Assembly: GCF_000298275.1 (NCBI RefSeq)
Contig: NW_006922148.1
Span: 1,353,484 to 1,382,271 of the forward strand
Source: Orycteropus afer
Taxonomy: Eukaryota
Direction: 5' to 3'
DNA: 28,788 bases
The position numbers were made by a program, and so were the translations under genes. Position 1 is the first letter of the stretch. Each line of letters begins with the position of its first letter. Of the stretch, positions 10,805-21,600 are shown in pieces. The notes below the pieces were generated by a model. That model did no database searches and had not been told where the DNA came from. It worked only from the letters and a program-made list of their open reading frames with translations.

Positions 10805-11470
10805 AAAGGGACAAGGATGTGACATCTTCTGACCTCCTCTAATTCCACAAGAGGAAAACAGAATCACCATCAGCAGTCCAAGGCCTGTTCTTATGAAGCC
10901 AGCCATGCCGCCACCCTTTAGCTCTCTTACTAACCTTGACACCAACCATTCCTCCCATGGCACCCAGCATCTCTCTGCTGGGTTCGATAATTTGCTGCAG
11001 TGGCCACACAGAACTCACAGGTTATGGGGTTTATTAGGGAAGCAACAGGCTACAATTCAAGTTCAGAAACGTGTTTAGTCTCACTCAGCCAGCTGTCTCT
11101 CAAACGATGGTCTCTCTCAGTAGCACATCTCTCTCAACAGTGCATGTCTCTCATGTCTCTCAGCACTGTGTCTCTCTCACATCTCTCAGAAGCACATCTC
11201 TCACAGCAGCATGTCTTTCTCAGCCGGCAGTCAGAGAGACTCCTTCTGCCTCTAGGAGGGCTCGTTTTAAACCTAGCAGAGTAGCAGAACTAACCAATTC
11301 CAAGATCAGAATTGAGAGAGAGCAAACTTCCCAAAAGATTGCTCTGTGCTACTCCAGCAGAAATACTTCAGGTGGATAGCTTTAACAATCAGGAGCTAAT
11401 CAGTTGCACAGAAAATTCCACTACAGCATTTACAAAGACTATGACTAGGAAAAAAAAAAAAAAAAAAAAG
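10805..11470 (+). repeat. Repeat family B, copy 2, with a terminal poly-A (about 11449-11470) and an internal 17-18 bp tandem array at about 11085-11240
   Basis: Homologous to 3724-4448. Ends ...tttacaaagactatgactagg followed by about 22 A. The serine/leucine-rich six-frame ORFs at 11000-11379 are artefacts of the tandem array. Confidence 0.6.
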
Positions 11471-11878
11471 TTTTTCACTTGGGTGTGGCTCTATATTAAG
11501 GCCAGAGCCCAAGGTAGGCTGGCCTGGAGCTTGGAGGCTGATTTTCACTTGGGGGTGGCTCTATATTAAGGCCAGGGCCTGAGGTAGGCAGGCCCAGGGC
11601 TGGGGACTGCTTCACTTGGGGGCAGCTCTTTATTAAGGCCAGGACCTGAGGTAGGCAGGCCTGGGACTTGGAGGCTGTGTTTTGCTTGGACGCAGTTCTT
11701 TATTAAGGCCAGGGCCGGAGGTAGGCGGCTGAGGCTCAGGAGCTGCTTTTCACTTGGGGGTGGCTCTTTATTAAGGCCAGGGCCTTAAGTAGGTGGGCTG
11801 GGGCTCAGTGGCTGCCTTATGCTTGTGGGCGGCTCTGTTTTAAGGCCATTGCCCCAGGTAGGCAGGTACAGAAGGGGT
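11471..11878 (+). repeat. Minisatellite with a unit of about 70 bp and about 6 copies (unit about ttttcacttgggggtggctctatattaaggccagggcctgaggtaggcaggcccagggctggggactgc). It is an expanded RTE1 5' leader repeat.
   Basis: Unit starts at about 11471, 11541, 11611, 11688, 11746 and 11815, with divergence growing along the array. Immediately upstream of the RTE1 leader. A single related unit lies at the 5' end of the RTE1 copy at window start (about 330-450, reverse complement ...attaaaagccaggaagccagacagaggtacag...). Confidence 0.85.
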
Positions 11879-12928
11879 AGTAAGAACTAAAGGAGATAAA
11901 CTTGTCTGTCAGTTAGTTGTCCTCTGGTGGCTTGGATGTTGCTGTGAGGCTGGAGGCTATGCCACTCTGTTGCAAAATGTCAGCAGGGTTACCTGTGGTG
12001 GACAGGTTACAGTGGAGCTTCCGGGCTGTGATAGACTTGGAAGAAGGAAGATGCCATCCACTTCTCAAAGAATTGACCAGTGAAAACCTTATGAATAGCA
12101 GTAAAACACTGTCTGATATATTACTGGAAACTTTATGAACAGCTCTGAAACATTGTCCGATATAATGCCAGAAGATGAGCCCATCAGGTCGGAAGGCACT
12201 CAAAATTTGATTGGGGTAGAGCTGACTCCTCAGAGTAGAGACGGCCTTAACGATATGGATAGAGTAAAGCTTTTGGGACTTCATTGGCCGATGTGGCACA
12301 ACTCAAAATGAGTAGAAACAGATGGAAACTTCCATTAGTAATCAGAACATGGAATGTACGAAGTATGAATCTAGGAAAATTGGAAATTGTAAAAGATGAA
12401 ATGCAACACATAAAAATTAGTGAGCTGAAATGGACTGGTTTTGGCCATTTTGAATCAGACAACCATATAATTTACTATGCCATGAATGACAAATTGAGGA
12501 ATGGTGTGGCATTCATCATCACAAAGAGTGTTTCAAGATCTGTCCAGAAGTGCAACACTGTCAGTGATAGGATATATCCATATGCCTACAAGGGAAACCA
12601 GATAATACTATTATTATCCAAATTTATGCACTGACTACCAAAGCCAAAGATGAGGAAATTGAAGATTTCTACCAACTCCAGCAGTCTGAAATTGACCGAA
12701 CATGCAATCAAGATGTGTCAATTATCATTGGTGACTGGAATGAAAAAGTTGGAAACAAAGAAGAGTTATTGGTAGCTGGAAAATATGGCCTTGGTGATAG
12801 AAATAATACTGGAGATCACACAATAGAATTTTGCAAGACCAAAAACTTATTCATTGCAAATACCTTTTTTCAACAACATAAGCAATGACTATACACATTG
12901 ACTTCACCAGATGGAATACACAGGAATC
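11471..12928 (+). mobile_element. RTE/BovB-type LINE (RTE1-like), 5' portion: leader repeats, leader and AP-endonuclease domain. The 3' side is truncated or disrupted at about 12928.
   Basis: ORF 12284-12634 (MADVAQLKMSRNRWKLPLVIRTWNVRSMNLGKLEIVKDEMQHIKISELKWTGFGHFESDNHIIYYA...) and the continuation to about 12900 (..GDWNEKVGNKEELLVAGKYGLGDRNNTGDHTIEFCKTKNLFIANTFFQQHK) form the apurinic-endonuclease-like N-terminal domain typical of RTE/BovB. Strongly similar to the minus copy ORFs 17917-18369 and 18656-18874. Downstream of about 12928 the expected ...IDYILC... continuation seen in the minus copy is absent. Confidence 0.85.
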
Positions 12929-12960
12929 AGCCAAGTTGACAACAACCTTAACTACCATAA
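12929..12960 (+). repeat. About 32-bp fragment matching the 3' terminus of the MaLR-like LTR family (copies at 15246-15821 and 16159-16737)
   Basis: gccaagttgacaacaaccttaactaccataag versus the LTR ends gccaagttgacacacaaacttaaccaccacacaag (15787-15821) and gctaagttgacatacaaatttaactactacacag (16704-16737). Confidence 0.4.
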
Positions 12961-13220
12961 GAACTAACAGAGCAAAGTTACGGTAACTTCTTAGCCACAG
13001 CTGCCCACCCTGAAGGAGTGAGTTGTTGGACCTTTGGGCTCAGGACCATAGTCACAGGACATGAAGCTCCATTGGCATAACATGCTACTCAAAAACATTG
13101 TTCTGCATTCTACATTGGTGAGTAGCAACTGGGGTCTTAAAAGATTACAAGCAGCCATCTAGGTGCAACAACTGGTCTCTCCTCATCTGGAGCAAAGAAG
13201 AACAAAGAAAGGTAAAGGCC

Positions 13221-13810
13221 CATGGAAACAATTAGTCCAAGGGACTGGTGGACCATGCGAACCTCAGCCTATATGAGCATGAGACCAGAAGAACTAGATG
13301 GTGCCTGGTTACAACTGTCAACCACTCAGAAAGGGATCAGTGCAGGATATCCTTGGTAGAGTGAGAGAAAAATGTGGAACAAAGCTTAAAAAAAAAAAAA
13401 AAAAAGCCCAAGCTTATTGGTCTGATAGAGCCTGGTGAAACCCCCTGAGACTATGGCCCTGAGTCACCCTTTGGGCCTGGAATTAAACTCACTCTATGGC
13501 TTAACTTTCAGTCAAACAACAGATAGGCCTATGAGGTGAACAGTTACACCAGAGAGGTGCAGTTCCTTTGAACAATCAACCATGGAAGATTAGAAGGGCT
13601 GTATTTGCTCAGGGAGAAAGCTGAGAAGGCAGGAATGGACATGAAAGAAGGACACAGGAAAAAGGTACCATAGGGAGAAAGTGGAAAGAGCTGTTAACAT
13701 TGTGGGGATTGTAATCAGTTCATGAGACAAAATGTGTATGCACTTTTGAATGGAAAATGAATTTACTCTAGACTTTCACCTAAATCACAATAAAAAGTTT
13801 TGAAAAAAAA
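13221..13810 (+). repeat. Repeat family A, copy 2 (internal poly-A 13387-13405, terminal A-run 13801-13810)
   Basis: Aligns with 3055-3645. See copy 1. Confidence 0.6.
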
Positions 13811-14880
13811 TGCCATGTTTGAATACTCATCAGGGTATGAGTATTCAAAGTTGTGTTTAAGGGAATAGTACTAAACAGATATCTAGAAGCTGAAAGAAGC
13901 TTGAATTGTCCTGGAGCCAGCAAGGTAGGCTGTGAAGCATAATGGCAGTTGGGAACTGGTGGGTGTAATACATTTGAAAATGTACTGAATAAGTTAAAAG
14001 CAAATTTCCGGTTAGGCTGACAGAAGAACCTTCATAAAATGTCAAAAGATACTGTTTTTAGTAAGTGTTAAAGTAATATTTTGGTGTCTTAATTTTTGAA
14101 AGAACCATTTTGTCTGTTGGATTTAATACCCCATTACATTTCATGTGTAATTAAATTTTGAAGTCAAAGTAAACCTTTATTTTTTTAATCTAGGAATATT
14201 CCCTGGGCTATTGAGCAGATAAAAAGAGCAAGTGAATGGGTAAGAAGAACTGAAGGACAATATCCATCTATCTGCCAGCGGCTTGAATTGGGTAAAGACT
14301 GGGACTCTGTCACTAAGCAGCTACTGAGGATTCAACCCACAAACACCACTTGTCCTCTTCACGGAGTTCTTAATTGCAGTGAAGGATGGATCAAATGAAA
14401 TTGTGTGTTAAACTTTTCTTCATGCTTTTACATGTAGAATAATAAAATATTAATAGATACTTGTAATGAAATCTAACTAATCAGCATATTAATTAGTCAT
14501 GTTGAAAATAAGGAAATAGAAGATTTTATTATTTTAGTGGAAAAATCAGCAATAATCAAAGGAAAATTACACTTACTGAATTTGTGTGTTTAAATGTTTT
14601 AATGCTGGCCCTGGAAACTTATTTTAATCTTCCTTTTGGTAGACTATTAGGGAGCTGGCCTAGCTGGACTGAGCATTTTATATGATTCCATTTTATTCCT
14701 TTCTTCTCTCTTAGTATATCAATTTTTATGTTTTAAAAAATTATAGTGATTACCCTACAGTTTGCAATATTCACTTAAAACCAGTCAAAGACCAGTTTCA
14801 CATAATACATCACTTGATAAGCTAGTACAAGTACCTCATAACAGAGTATTCCCATTTTCTCCTTGTATCCCTTACACCAA

Positions 14881-15060
14881 GAATCTCTGGTGGCACAGTG
14901 CCTAAGGCATTTAACTACTAACTAGAAGTTTGGTGGTTCAAGCCCCTGTGGAAGGAAGATGGGGCAATCTACTTCTGTAAAGATTTACCACCTCAGAAAC
15001 CCAATGGGAGTCACTATGAGTTGGAATCAACTTGATGGCAATGAATTTTTTTTTTTTTTT
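14881..15060 (+). mobile_element. AfroSINE-type SINE (second subtype), ending in a T-run
   Basis: gaatctctggtggcacagtgcctaaggcatttaactactaactagaagtttggtggttcaagcccctgtggaaggaagatggggcaatctacttctgtaaagatttaccacctcagaaacccaatgggagtcactatgagttggaatcaacttgatggcaatgaa then about 17 T. Confidence 0.8.
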
Positions 15061-15245
15061 AAATCTCTGTACCACTGCTGTCTTGATTGCAGTTGTCCAC
15101 TATAAACACCTGTAAACACCCAACACCTTATTGTTGTTTTAACAGACAGTTGGCTATTAGATCATAAATTAATAAGTAAAATAAAAGTTTTAAATTTACC
15201 TTAATTTCTTCATTATCTTTGAAGGACTTGTCATTTCTTGCAAGG

Positions 15246-15821
15246 TGTTCTGGTTACCTCTGTGCCGCTCTGAACAAGAATATGCCACAAATGGGATGGC
15301 ATGGACAAACAAGAGTTTATTCTCTCACAGTTTGGAGGCATTAAGTCTAAGTTCAAAGTGCCAGGATCTAGGGGCTGGGTGAAACCTTGGCTTCAGCTCT
15401 GCCTCCTGCTCCTGGCACACTGAAGCTGGAGGCTTTTCTTCACTCAGACAGCTGGTGGCCGCTGAGCCTGACCAGCCCAAGGTTGACAAGTAAAAAGACA
15501 CAGTCCTGATGTTACCAAACCACATAGCAGGCCATTAATTCAAGTCCATTGAAAGTCCCAAAGTTGGCATAGCACAGCAGGCTGCTGAACAATGACATGG
15601 CTACATGCAGGATTCAAGCACCATAAGCTAGAGACCATTCCCAAAGCTATTTCTTGTATACGGGAAGCAGACCACATCCCTAAAGCAGCTACTCAGCTGC
15701 TCCAATAGATTCCACCATGGAGTTAATTACTAATCTCACCATGGGGAATAACTACATCCAGCTGCCCAGCCACTCAGCCAGGCCCAGCCAAGTTGACACA
15801 CAAACTTAACCACCACACAAG
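15246..15821 (+). mobile_element. Solo LTR, MaLR/MLT1-like (ERVL-MaLR superfamily), copy C1
   Basis: Begins tgttctggttacc...gccacaaatgggatggcatggacaaacaagagtttattctctcacagtttggaggc.ttaagtc.aagttcaaagtgccagg, the motif typical of the 5' part of mammalian MaLR-type LTRs. Ends ...gttgacacacaaacttaaccaccacacaag, like the MaLR terminus ..gacacaattcaacccataacag. 576 bp. Abuts the 3' end of the minus-strand RTE1. Confidence 0.6.
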
Positions 15822-15827
15822 GTAAGT

Positions 15828-18800
15828 CTGTTGTTATTGTTAGGTGCCATTGATTCGTCCTTGACTCACAGTGACCCTACGTACAGTAGAACAAAACACT
15901 GCCCGGTCTTGTGCCAGTCTCACGATCCTTGCTATACCTGAGCCCATCGTTGCAGCCATTGTGTCAATCTATCTCCTTGAGGGCCTTCCCCTTCTTTGTT
16001 GACCCTCCACTTTATGAAGCATGATATCCTTCTCCAGGGAATGGTTCCTTCTGACAATGTGACCAAAGTAGGTGAGACGAAGTCTGGCTATTCTCACTTC
16101 CAAGGAATATTCTGGCTGCACTTCTTCCAGGACAGATTTGTTAGTCCTTTTAGGAAACTGTTTTGGTTACCTAGTGCCACTGACAGGAATATACCACAAA
16201 TGGAATGGCCTTAACAAACACGAGTTTAGTCTCTTACAGTTTAGAGGCTTAAGTCCAAGTTCAAAGTGCCAGGCTCTAGGGGCTGGGTGAAAACCCCTCA
16301 ACCTTAGGGTCCAGCTCTGCCTCCTGCTCCCTGCCCACTGGATTCAGAGGCGTTTTTTCACTCAGCTTCTGGCTGCTGAGGCTGAAAAGCCCAAAGTTGA
16401 CAAGTAAAAAGGCACAGTCCCGATGTTACCAAACCACATGGCAGGCCACTAACTCAAGTCTATTGTAAGTCCCAAGGTCAGCAGAGCATGGCAGGCTGCT
16501 GAACAATGACATGGCTACATGTAGGGTTCAAGCGTGCCGTAAGCTAGAGACTATTCCCAAAGGTTCTTCTTATATACAGGAAGCAGACCATATCCCAAAG
16601 GCAGCTACTCAGCTGCTTGTGGTAGATCCCACCATGGAGTTGATTGCTAGTCTCATCATGGGGAATAACTACCACCAGCTGCCCAGACACTCAACCAGGC
16701 CCAGCTAAGTTGACATACAAATTTAACTACTACACAGACCATAGTAATCTTAGCATTCTTCTCCAACAGCATGATTCAAAAGCATCAACTCTTCTTCAGT
16801 CTTCCTTATTCATTGTCCAGCTCTCACATGCATAAGAGGCAATTGAAAATACCATGGCTTGGGTTAGGTGCATCTTAGTCTTCAAGGTGACATCTTTGCT
16901 CTTCATCACGTGAAAGAGGTCTTTTGCAGAAGATTTGCCCAATGTAATACATCATCTGATGTCTTCATTGCTGCTTCCATTGGTGCTGATTATAGAACCA
17001 AGTAATATGAAGTCCTTGAAAACTTCAGTCTTTTCTCATTTATCATGAAGCTGTTTATTGGACCAGTTGTGAGGATTTTTGTTTTCTTTACAATGAGGTG
17101 TAATCCATACTGCAGACTGTAGTCTTTACTCTTCATCAGTAAGTGCTTCAAATCATCCTCACTTTCAGCAAGCAAAGTTGTGTCATCTGCATATTGCTGG
17201 TTGTTAATGAGTCTTCCTCCAGTCCTGATGCCACGTTCTTCATATAGTCCACCTCAGCATACAAGTTGAATAAGTATGGTGAAAGGATACAACCTTGACA
17301 CAGTCCCTTCTTGATTTTAGACCATGCAGTATCCCCTTGTTCTGTTCACACGACACCTTCCTGATCTATGTACAGGTTCCTCATGAGCACAATCAAGTGT
17401 TCTGGAATTCCCGTTCTTCTCAATGTTATCCACAATTTGTTATGATCCACACAATGAAATGCTTTGCATAGTCAATAAAACATAAGTGAACATCTTTCTG
17501 ATATTCTTTACTTTCAGCTAAGATCCATTTGACATCAGCGATGATATCCCTCATTCCACGTCCTCTTCTGAATCTAGTTTGCATTTCTGGAAGCTCTCTG
17601 TCAGTATACTGCTACAACCATTTTTGAATTATCTTCAATAAGATTTCACTTGCATGTGATAATTAATGATATTGTTTGATAATTTCCACATTCTGTAGGA
17701 TCACCTTTCTTTGGAATGGGTACAAATATGGATCCAGTCCATTTCAGTCATTTGGCCAGGTAGCTGTCTTCCAAATCTCTTGGTATAGCTGAATGAGTGT
17801 CTCCAGCAGGGCATCCATTTGTTGAAACATCTCAATGAGTATTCTGTCAATTCCCGGAGCCTTGTTTTTTGCCCATCCTTCAGTGCAGCTTCGACTTCTT
17901 CTTTCAATACCATTGGTTATTGATCATATGCCACCTCCTGAAATGGATGAACATCGACCAATTCTTTCTGGTATAGTGACTCTGTGTTTTCCTTCCATCT
18001 TCTTTTGATGTTTCCTGCATCATTCAATATTTTGCCTATAGAATCTTTCAGTATTGCAACTCGAGGCTTAAATTTTTTCCTCAGTTCTTTGAGCTTGAGA
18101 AATGCTGAGTGTGTTCTTCCCTTTTGGTTTTCTAACCCCAGATATTTGCGTATTTCATTGTAGTAATTGGTTTTGTGTGCTTGAGCTGCTCTTTGTGATC
18201 TTCTGTTCAGCTCTTTTATCTTGTCATTTCTTCCATTTGCTTTAGCTGCTCTCTGTTCAAGGGCAAATTTCAGAGTCTCTTCTGACATCCATTTTTGTAT
18301 TTTCTTTCTTATCTTTTTTAATGATCTCTTGCTTCCTTCATGGATGATGTTCTTGATGTCATCCCACAATTCTGGTTTTCAGACATTGGTGTTCGTTCAG
18401 TGAATCAGATCTGTTCTTTAAATGGTCTCCAAATTCAGGAGGAATGTTATCAAGGTCATATTTTGGCTCTCATGGACTTCTTTTAATTGTTCAACTTCAA
18501 CTTGAACATGCGAATGAGCAGTTGATGGTTATTCCACAATCAGCTCCTGGCCTTACTTTGGCCAAAGATATTGAACTTCTCCATTGCCTCTTGCCACATA
18601 CATAGTCAATTTGACTCCTGTGTATTCCATCTGGTGAAGTCCACATGTATAGTCTTCACTTACATTGTTGAAGAAAGGTATTTGCAATGAATAAGTCATT
18701 GGTCTTGCAAAATTCTGTCATGCAATCTCCAGTGTTATTTTTATCACCAAGGTCATATTTTCCAGCTACTGATAACTCTTCTTTGTTTCCAACTTTTGCA

Positions 18801-19195
18801 TTCCAGTCACCAGTGATAATCAACACATTTTGACTGCATGTTTGGTCAATTTCAGACTGCAGAAGGTGGTACAAATCTTCAATTTCCTCATCTTTGGCAT
18901 TGGTGGTTGGTAGAGATTTGAATAATAGTATTAACTGGTCTTCCTTGTAGGCATATGGATGTTATGCTATCACTGACAGCATTACTTCAGGACAGATCTT
19001 GAAACATTCTTTGTGACAGTGAAAGCCACACCATTCCTCTTCAATTTGTCATTCCCACCTTAGTAGATCATAGAGTTGTCTGATTCAAAATGGCCAAAAC
19101 CAGTCCATTGCAGCTCACTAAAGCCTATGATATTGATCTTTATGCATACCATTTCATTTTTGACAACTTCCAATTTTCCTAGGTAAGTCTACCAT
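15828..19195 (-). mobile_element. RTE/BovB-type LINE (RTE1-like), near full length (about 2.8 kb of LINE sequence excluding the nested LTR), slightly 5'-truncated, ORF degenerate
   Basis: The 3' end ctgttgttattgttaggtgccattgattcgtccttgactcacagtgaccctacgtacag... is the reverse complement of the RTE 3' terminus (compare 4840-4904). Minus-strand ORFs 17917-18369 (..QKGRTHSAFLKLKELRKKFKPRVAILKDSIGKILNDAGNIKRRWKEYTESLYQKELVDV..), 18656-18874 (..IITGDWNAKVGNKEELSVAGKYDLGDKNNTGDCMTEFCKTNDLFIANTFLQQ) and 16990-17175 are endonuclease and RT-region remnants in different frames. The 5' end (...lgkleivkdemqhikiselkwtgf equivalent at about 19100-19190) lacks the leader present in the plus copy. Confidence 0.9.
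16159..16737 (+). mobile_element. Solo LTR, MaLR/MLT1-like, copy C2, nested inside the minus-strand RTE1
   Basis: About 80 percent identical by eye to 15246-15821 over its full length (tgttttggttacctagtgccactgacaggaatataccacaaatggaatggccttaacaaacacgagtttagtctcttacagtttagaggcttaagtccaagttcaaagtgccagg...). RTE1 sequence is contiguous on both sides (..gacagatttgttagtccttttag | insert | accatagtaatcttagcattcttctccaac..). Confidence 0.65.
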
Positions 19196-19465
19196 CAACA
19201 AATTCCCCCAGTTTTTGTTTGTTTAAGAAAGTATTTCTCCTTCACTTTTGAAGGATAATTTTACTGGATGTAGAATTTGTGTTGGTTTTTCCTATATATA
19301 TATTTTTTTTCTTTCAACATTTTAATTATTTTATTCCACTCTCTTCTGGCTTGCATGTTTTCTCCCCGTTTCTTCCACTTGATCACTGGCGGCTTTCAAG
19401 TTTTTCTGTTTGTCCTTGATTTTCTACAGTTTGAATATGGTTTGCCAAGGTGCAAACATATCAAA
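19196..19465 (-). mobile_element. L1 LINE fragment (ORF2 N-terminal region / inter-ORF), minus strand
   Basis: ...ccactctcttctggcttgcatgttttctccccgtttcttccacttgatcactggcggctttcaag... resembles the conserved L1 region ..cccactctcttctggcttg.agggtttctg.. in reverse complement. It probably continues beyond the nested SINE to about 20600, but that part is too degenerate to place. Confidence 0.5.
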
Positions 19466-19672
19466 GAAGTTCTGGTGGCTAAGTAGTTAAGGCATTCAGC
19501 TGTTAACCAAAAGGTTAGGGATCTGAACCCACCAGCTGCTCCATGGAGAAAGATGTGGCAGTCTGCTTCTGCAAAGATTTACAGCCTTGGATACCCTATG
19601 GGACAGTTATAATCTGCCCTCCACAATCCCTATGAGTTGGAATTGACTCAGTGGCAGTGGGGTCGTGGGATT
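19466..19672 (+). mobile_element. AfroSINE-type SINE (second subtype)
   Basis: gaagttctggtggctaagtagttaaggcattcagctgttaaccaaaaggttagggatctgaacccaccagctgctccatggagaaagatgtggcagtctgcttctgcaaagatttacagccttgga.accctatgggacagtt.taatctgccct.cacaatccctatgagttggaattgactcagtggcagtgggg. Confidence 0.85.
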
Positions 19673-20621
19673 GTACAGGTGTACAAATACATAGTTTCGT
19701 ATTTATCCTGCTTGGTATTCTGGGAGCTTCCCTTCCTGGATGTGGTACAGTTTCTATCATTAATTTTAGAAAACTGTCAGCCATTTGTTACTTTAAATAT
19801 TTTCTCTGTCCCTTTCTCTTTTTCTTCTGATATTTCCATTATGTGTATATCACAGCTTTTAAAATTATTCCACTCTTCTTAGATACTTTGTTCCTTTTTT
19901 TATTTCTAGTCTTTTTTTCTTTGTTTTTCAATTTGAGAAGTTTCCATTGATACATCTTCAAGCTTACTGATGCTTTCCTCAGTTATTTCAGTCTTCTGAT
20001 GATGACTGAATGATCAAAGTCATTCTTCATTTGTTACACTGCTTTTATTTCTAACATTTCCTTTTTATCCCCTTATCATTTAATTCTGATATTTTTCAGA
20101 CATGCAGAAAGTTGAAAGAATTATACCATGAACATCCATGTATCCCACCTAGCTTTTAGAATTAACATTTTGCTTTATCACATATCCATCCATTTAGCCA
20201 TCCTTTATCCATCCACCAATTCATTTTGTTTTTGGATGCATTTCAGAGTAAACTTTAGACACGAGAACATTTTACAGCTAGACACTTCAGTATGTGAACT
20301 AGAGTTCAATATTTGTGTATGTTTTTTCTTTTGAAGTAAAATTTACAGAGTGAAATGTAAAAACCATTTCTTTAAACTTTTAAAGATGTGAATTTTTGCA
20401 TATGATATAAAATTAACTGTCTTGAATTGAACAATCAATGGCATTCATATGTTCACAAACTGTAATCATTGCATCTGTCGACTTTCAAAACATTTCCACT
20501 ATTCCAAAGTAAAATCCCTTTCCCATTAGGCACATTGTCCCATTTCCCCTACCCACTCTAGCCCCGAACAGCTGCCAATTTGCACTCTGTCTCTATAGAT
20601 TTATCTACTCTGGATATATCT

Positions 20622-21600
20622 TTTTTCTTCTTTTTTAAGCTTTATATTGTGATTTGGGGAAAGTCTATAGAGTAAATTGGTTTTCCATTCAATAGCTCAT
20701 ACACATTTTCTTTTGCAACATTGATTGTAATCCCCACATGTACCAGCACTATTTTTACTTCCTCCCTGTGGTTACCATTTCCCTTTGTCCTTCTTTCCTA
20801 TCCATTCCTGCATTTTGAGCTTTATCCCTGGACAAGTGTTACCCCTTTCATCTATTATATTTGCTTTTTCTAAGGAGTGCATACCTCCCTGGTGGTGGTG
20901 TTCACCTCATATGCCTGTCTGTTGTGTGGATGAAACTTGAGCCACTGGAGTGAGTTTACTTCCAGACCTGAAGAGTGACTAAGGGCACATAGTTTTAGGG
21001 GTTTCACCAGTCTCTGTCAGACCAATAAGCCTGGTCGTTTTTTATTATTTTGATATTTGTTGTACATTTTCCTCCTACCAGAACCATCCAGGTCATGGGG
21101 GTTGAGGTTCTCATGGTCTCTTAGTCCCTTGGACTAATTATTTCCATGCATCTTCAATTGTCTTCACTCTCTTTTGCTCTGGAGAGGGAGAGACCAATAG
21201 TAGCACCTTAGATGGCAACTTGCAAGCTTTTAAGATTCCAGTTGGTAGAAATCATACGAAAACAGCAATTAGAATTCCAGAACAGTATTCTGGATATTTC
21301 CTACACATGGAATTGAACAGTATGAATGTAGCTCATCCATACTGTAACATGTATCAGTTCTATGTTGCCTTTCATGGCTCCATAAGATTATATTGTATGC
21401 ATATACCACAATTTGTTTATCCATTCATCCTTTGGAGAACATTTAGGCTTTTCCCATCTTTTGGTTATTATGGATATTGCTCCTATAAATGTGTACATGT
21501 ACTTTTTGAGTACCTTTTTTCAGTTCTTTTCACCTAACTTTTCCTTTTTTATTCTTTCTTAGAATTTGTCTCTGCTTATATTACCCATCTTAGATGTTTT
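20622..21600 (-). mobile_element. L1 LINE 3' portion (3' UTR plus ORF2 C-terminal remnant), minus strand
   Basis: T-rich run then ctttatattgtgatttggggaaagtctatagagtaaattggttttccattcaatagctcatacac... (L1 3' end, reverse complement). 21380-21520 (..ccacaatttgtttatccattcatcctttggagaacatttaggcttttcccatcttttggttattatggatattgctcctataaatgtgtacatg..) is the reverse complement of the conserved ORF2 C-terminal block (..HLGCF..LAIMN.AA.N..). Confidence 0.7.

Noticed and set aside
11471-11878. Regularly spaced 70-bp direct repeats that superficially resemble an array
   Set aside because: The units are contiguous with no unique spacers and drift progressively in sequence, and the context is mammalian. 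This is a minisatellite, not a CRISPR array.
12284-12634. A 116-aa ORF with a clean ATG start, and the related ORFs 17917-18369, 18656-18874 and 4559-4759
   Set aside because: They are fragments of RTE/BovB LINE ORFs (endonuclease domain and C-terminus), present as multiple degenerate copies. They are not host genes.
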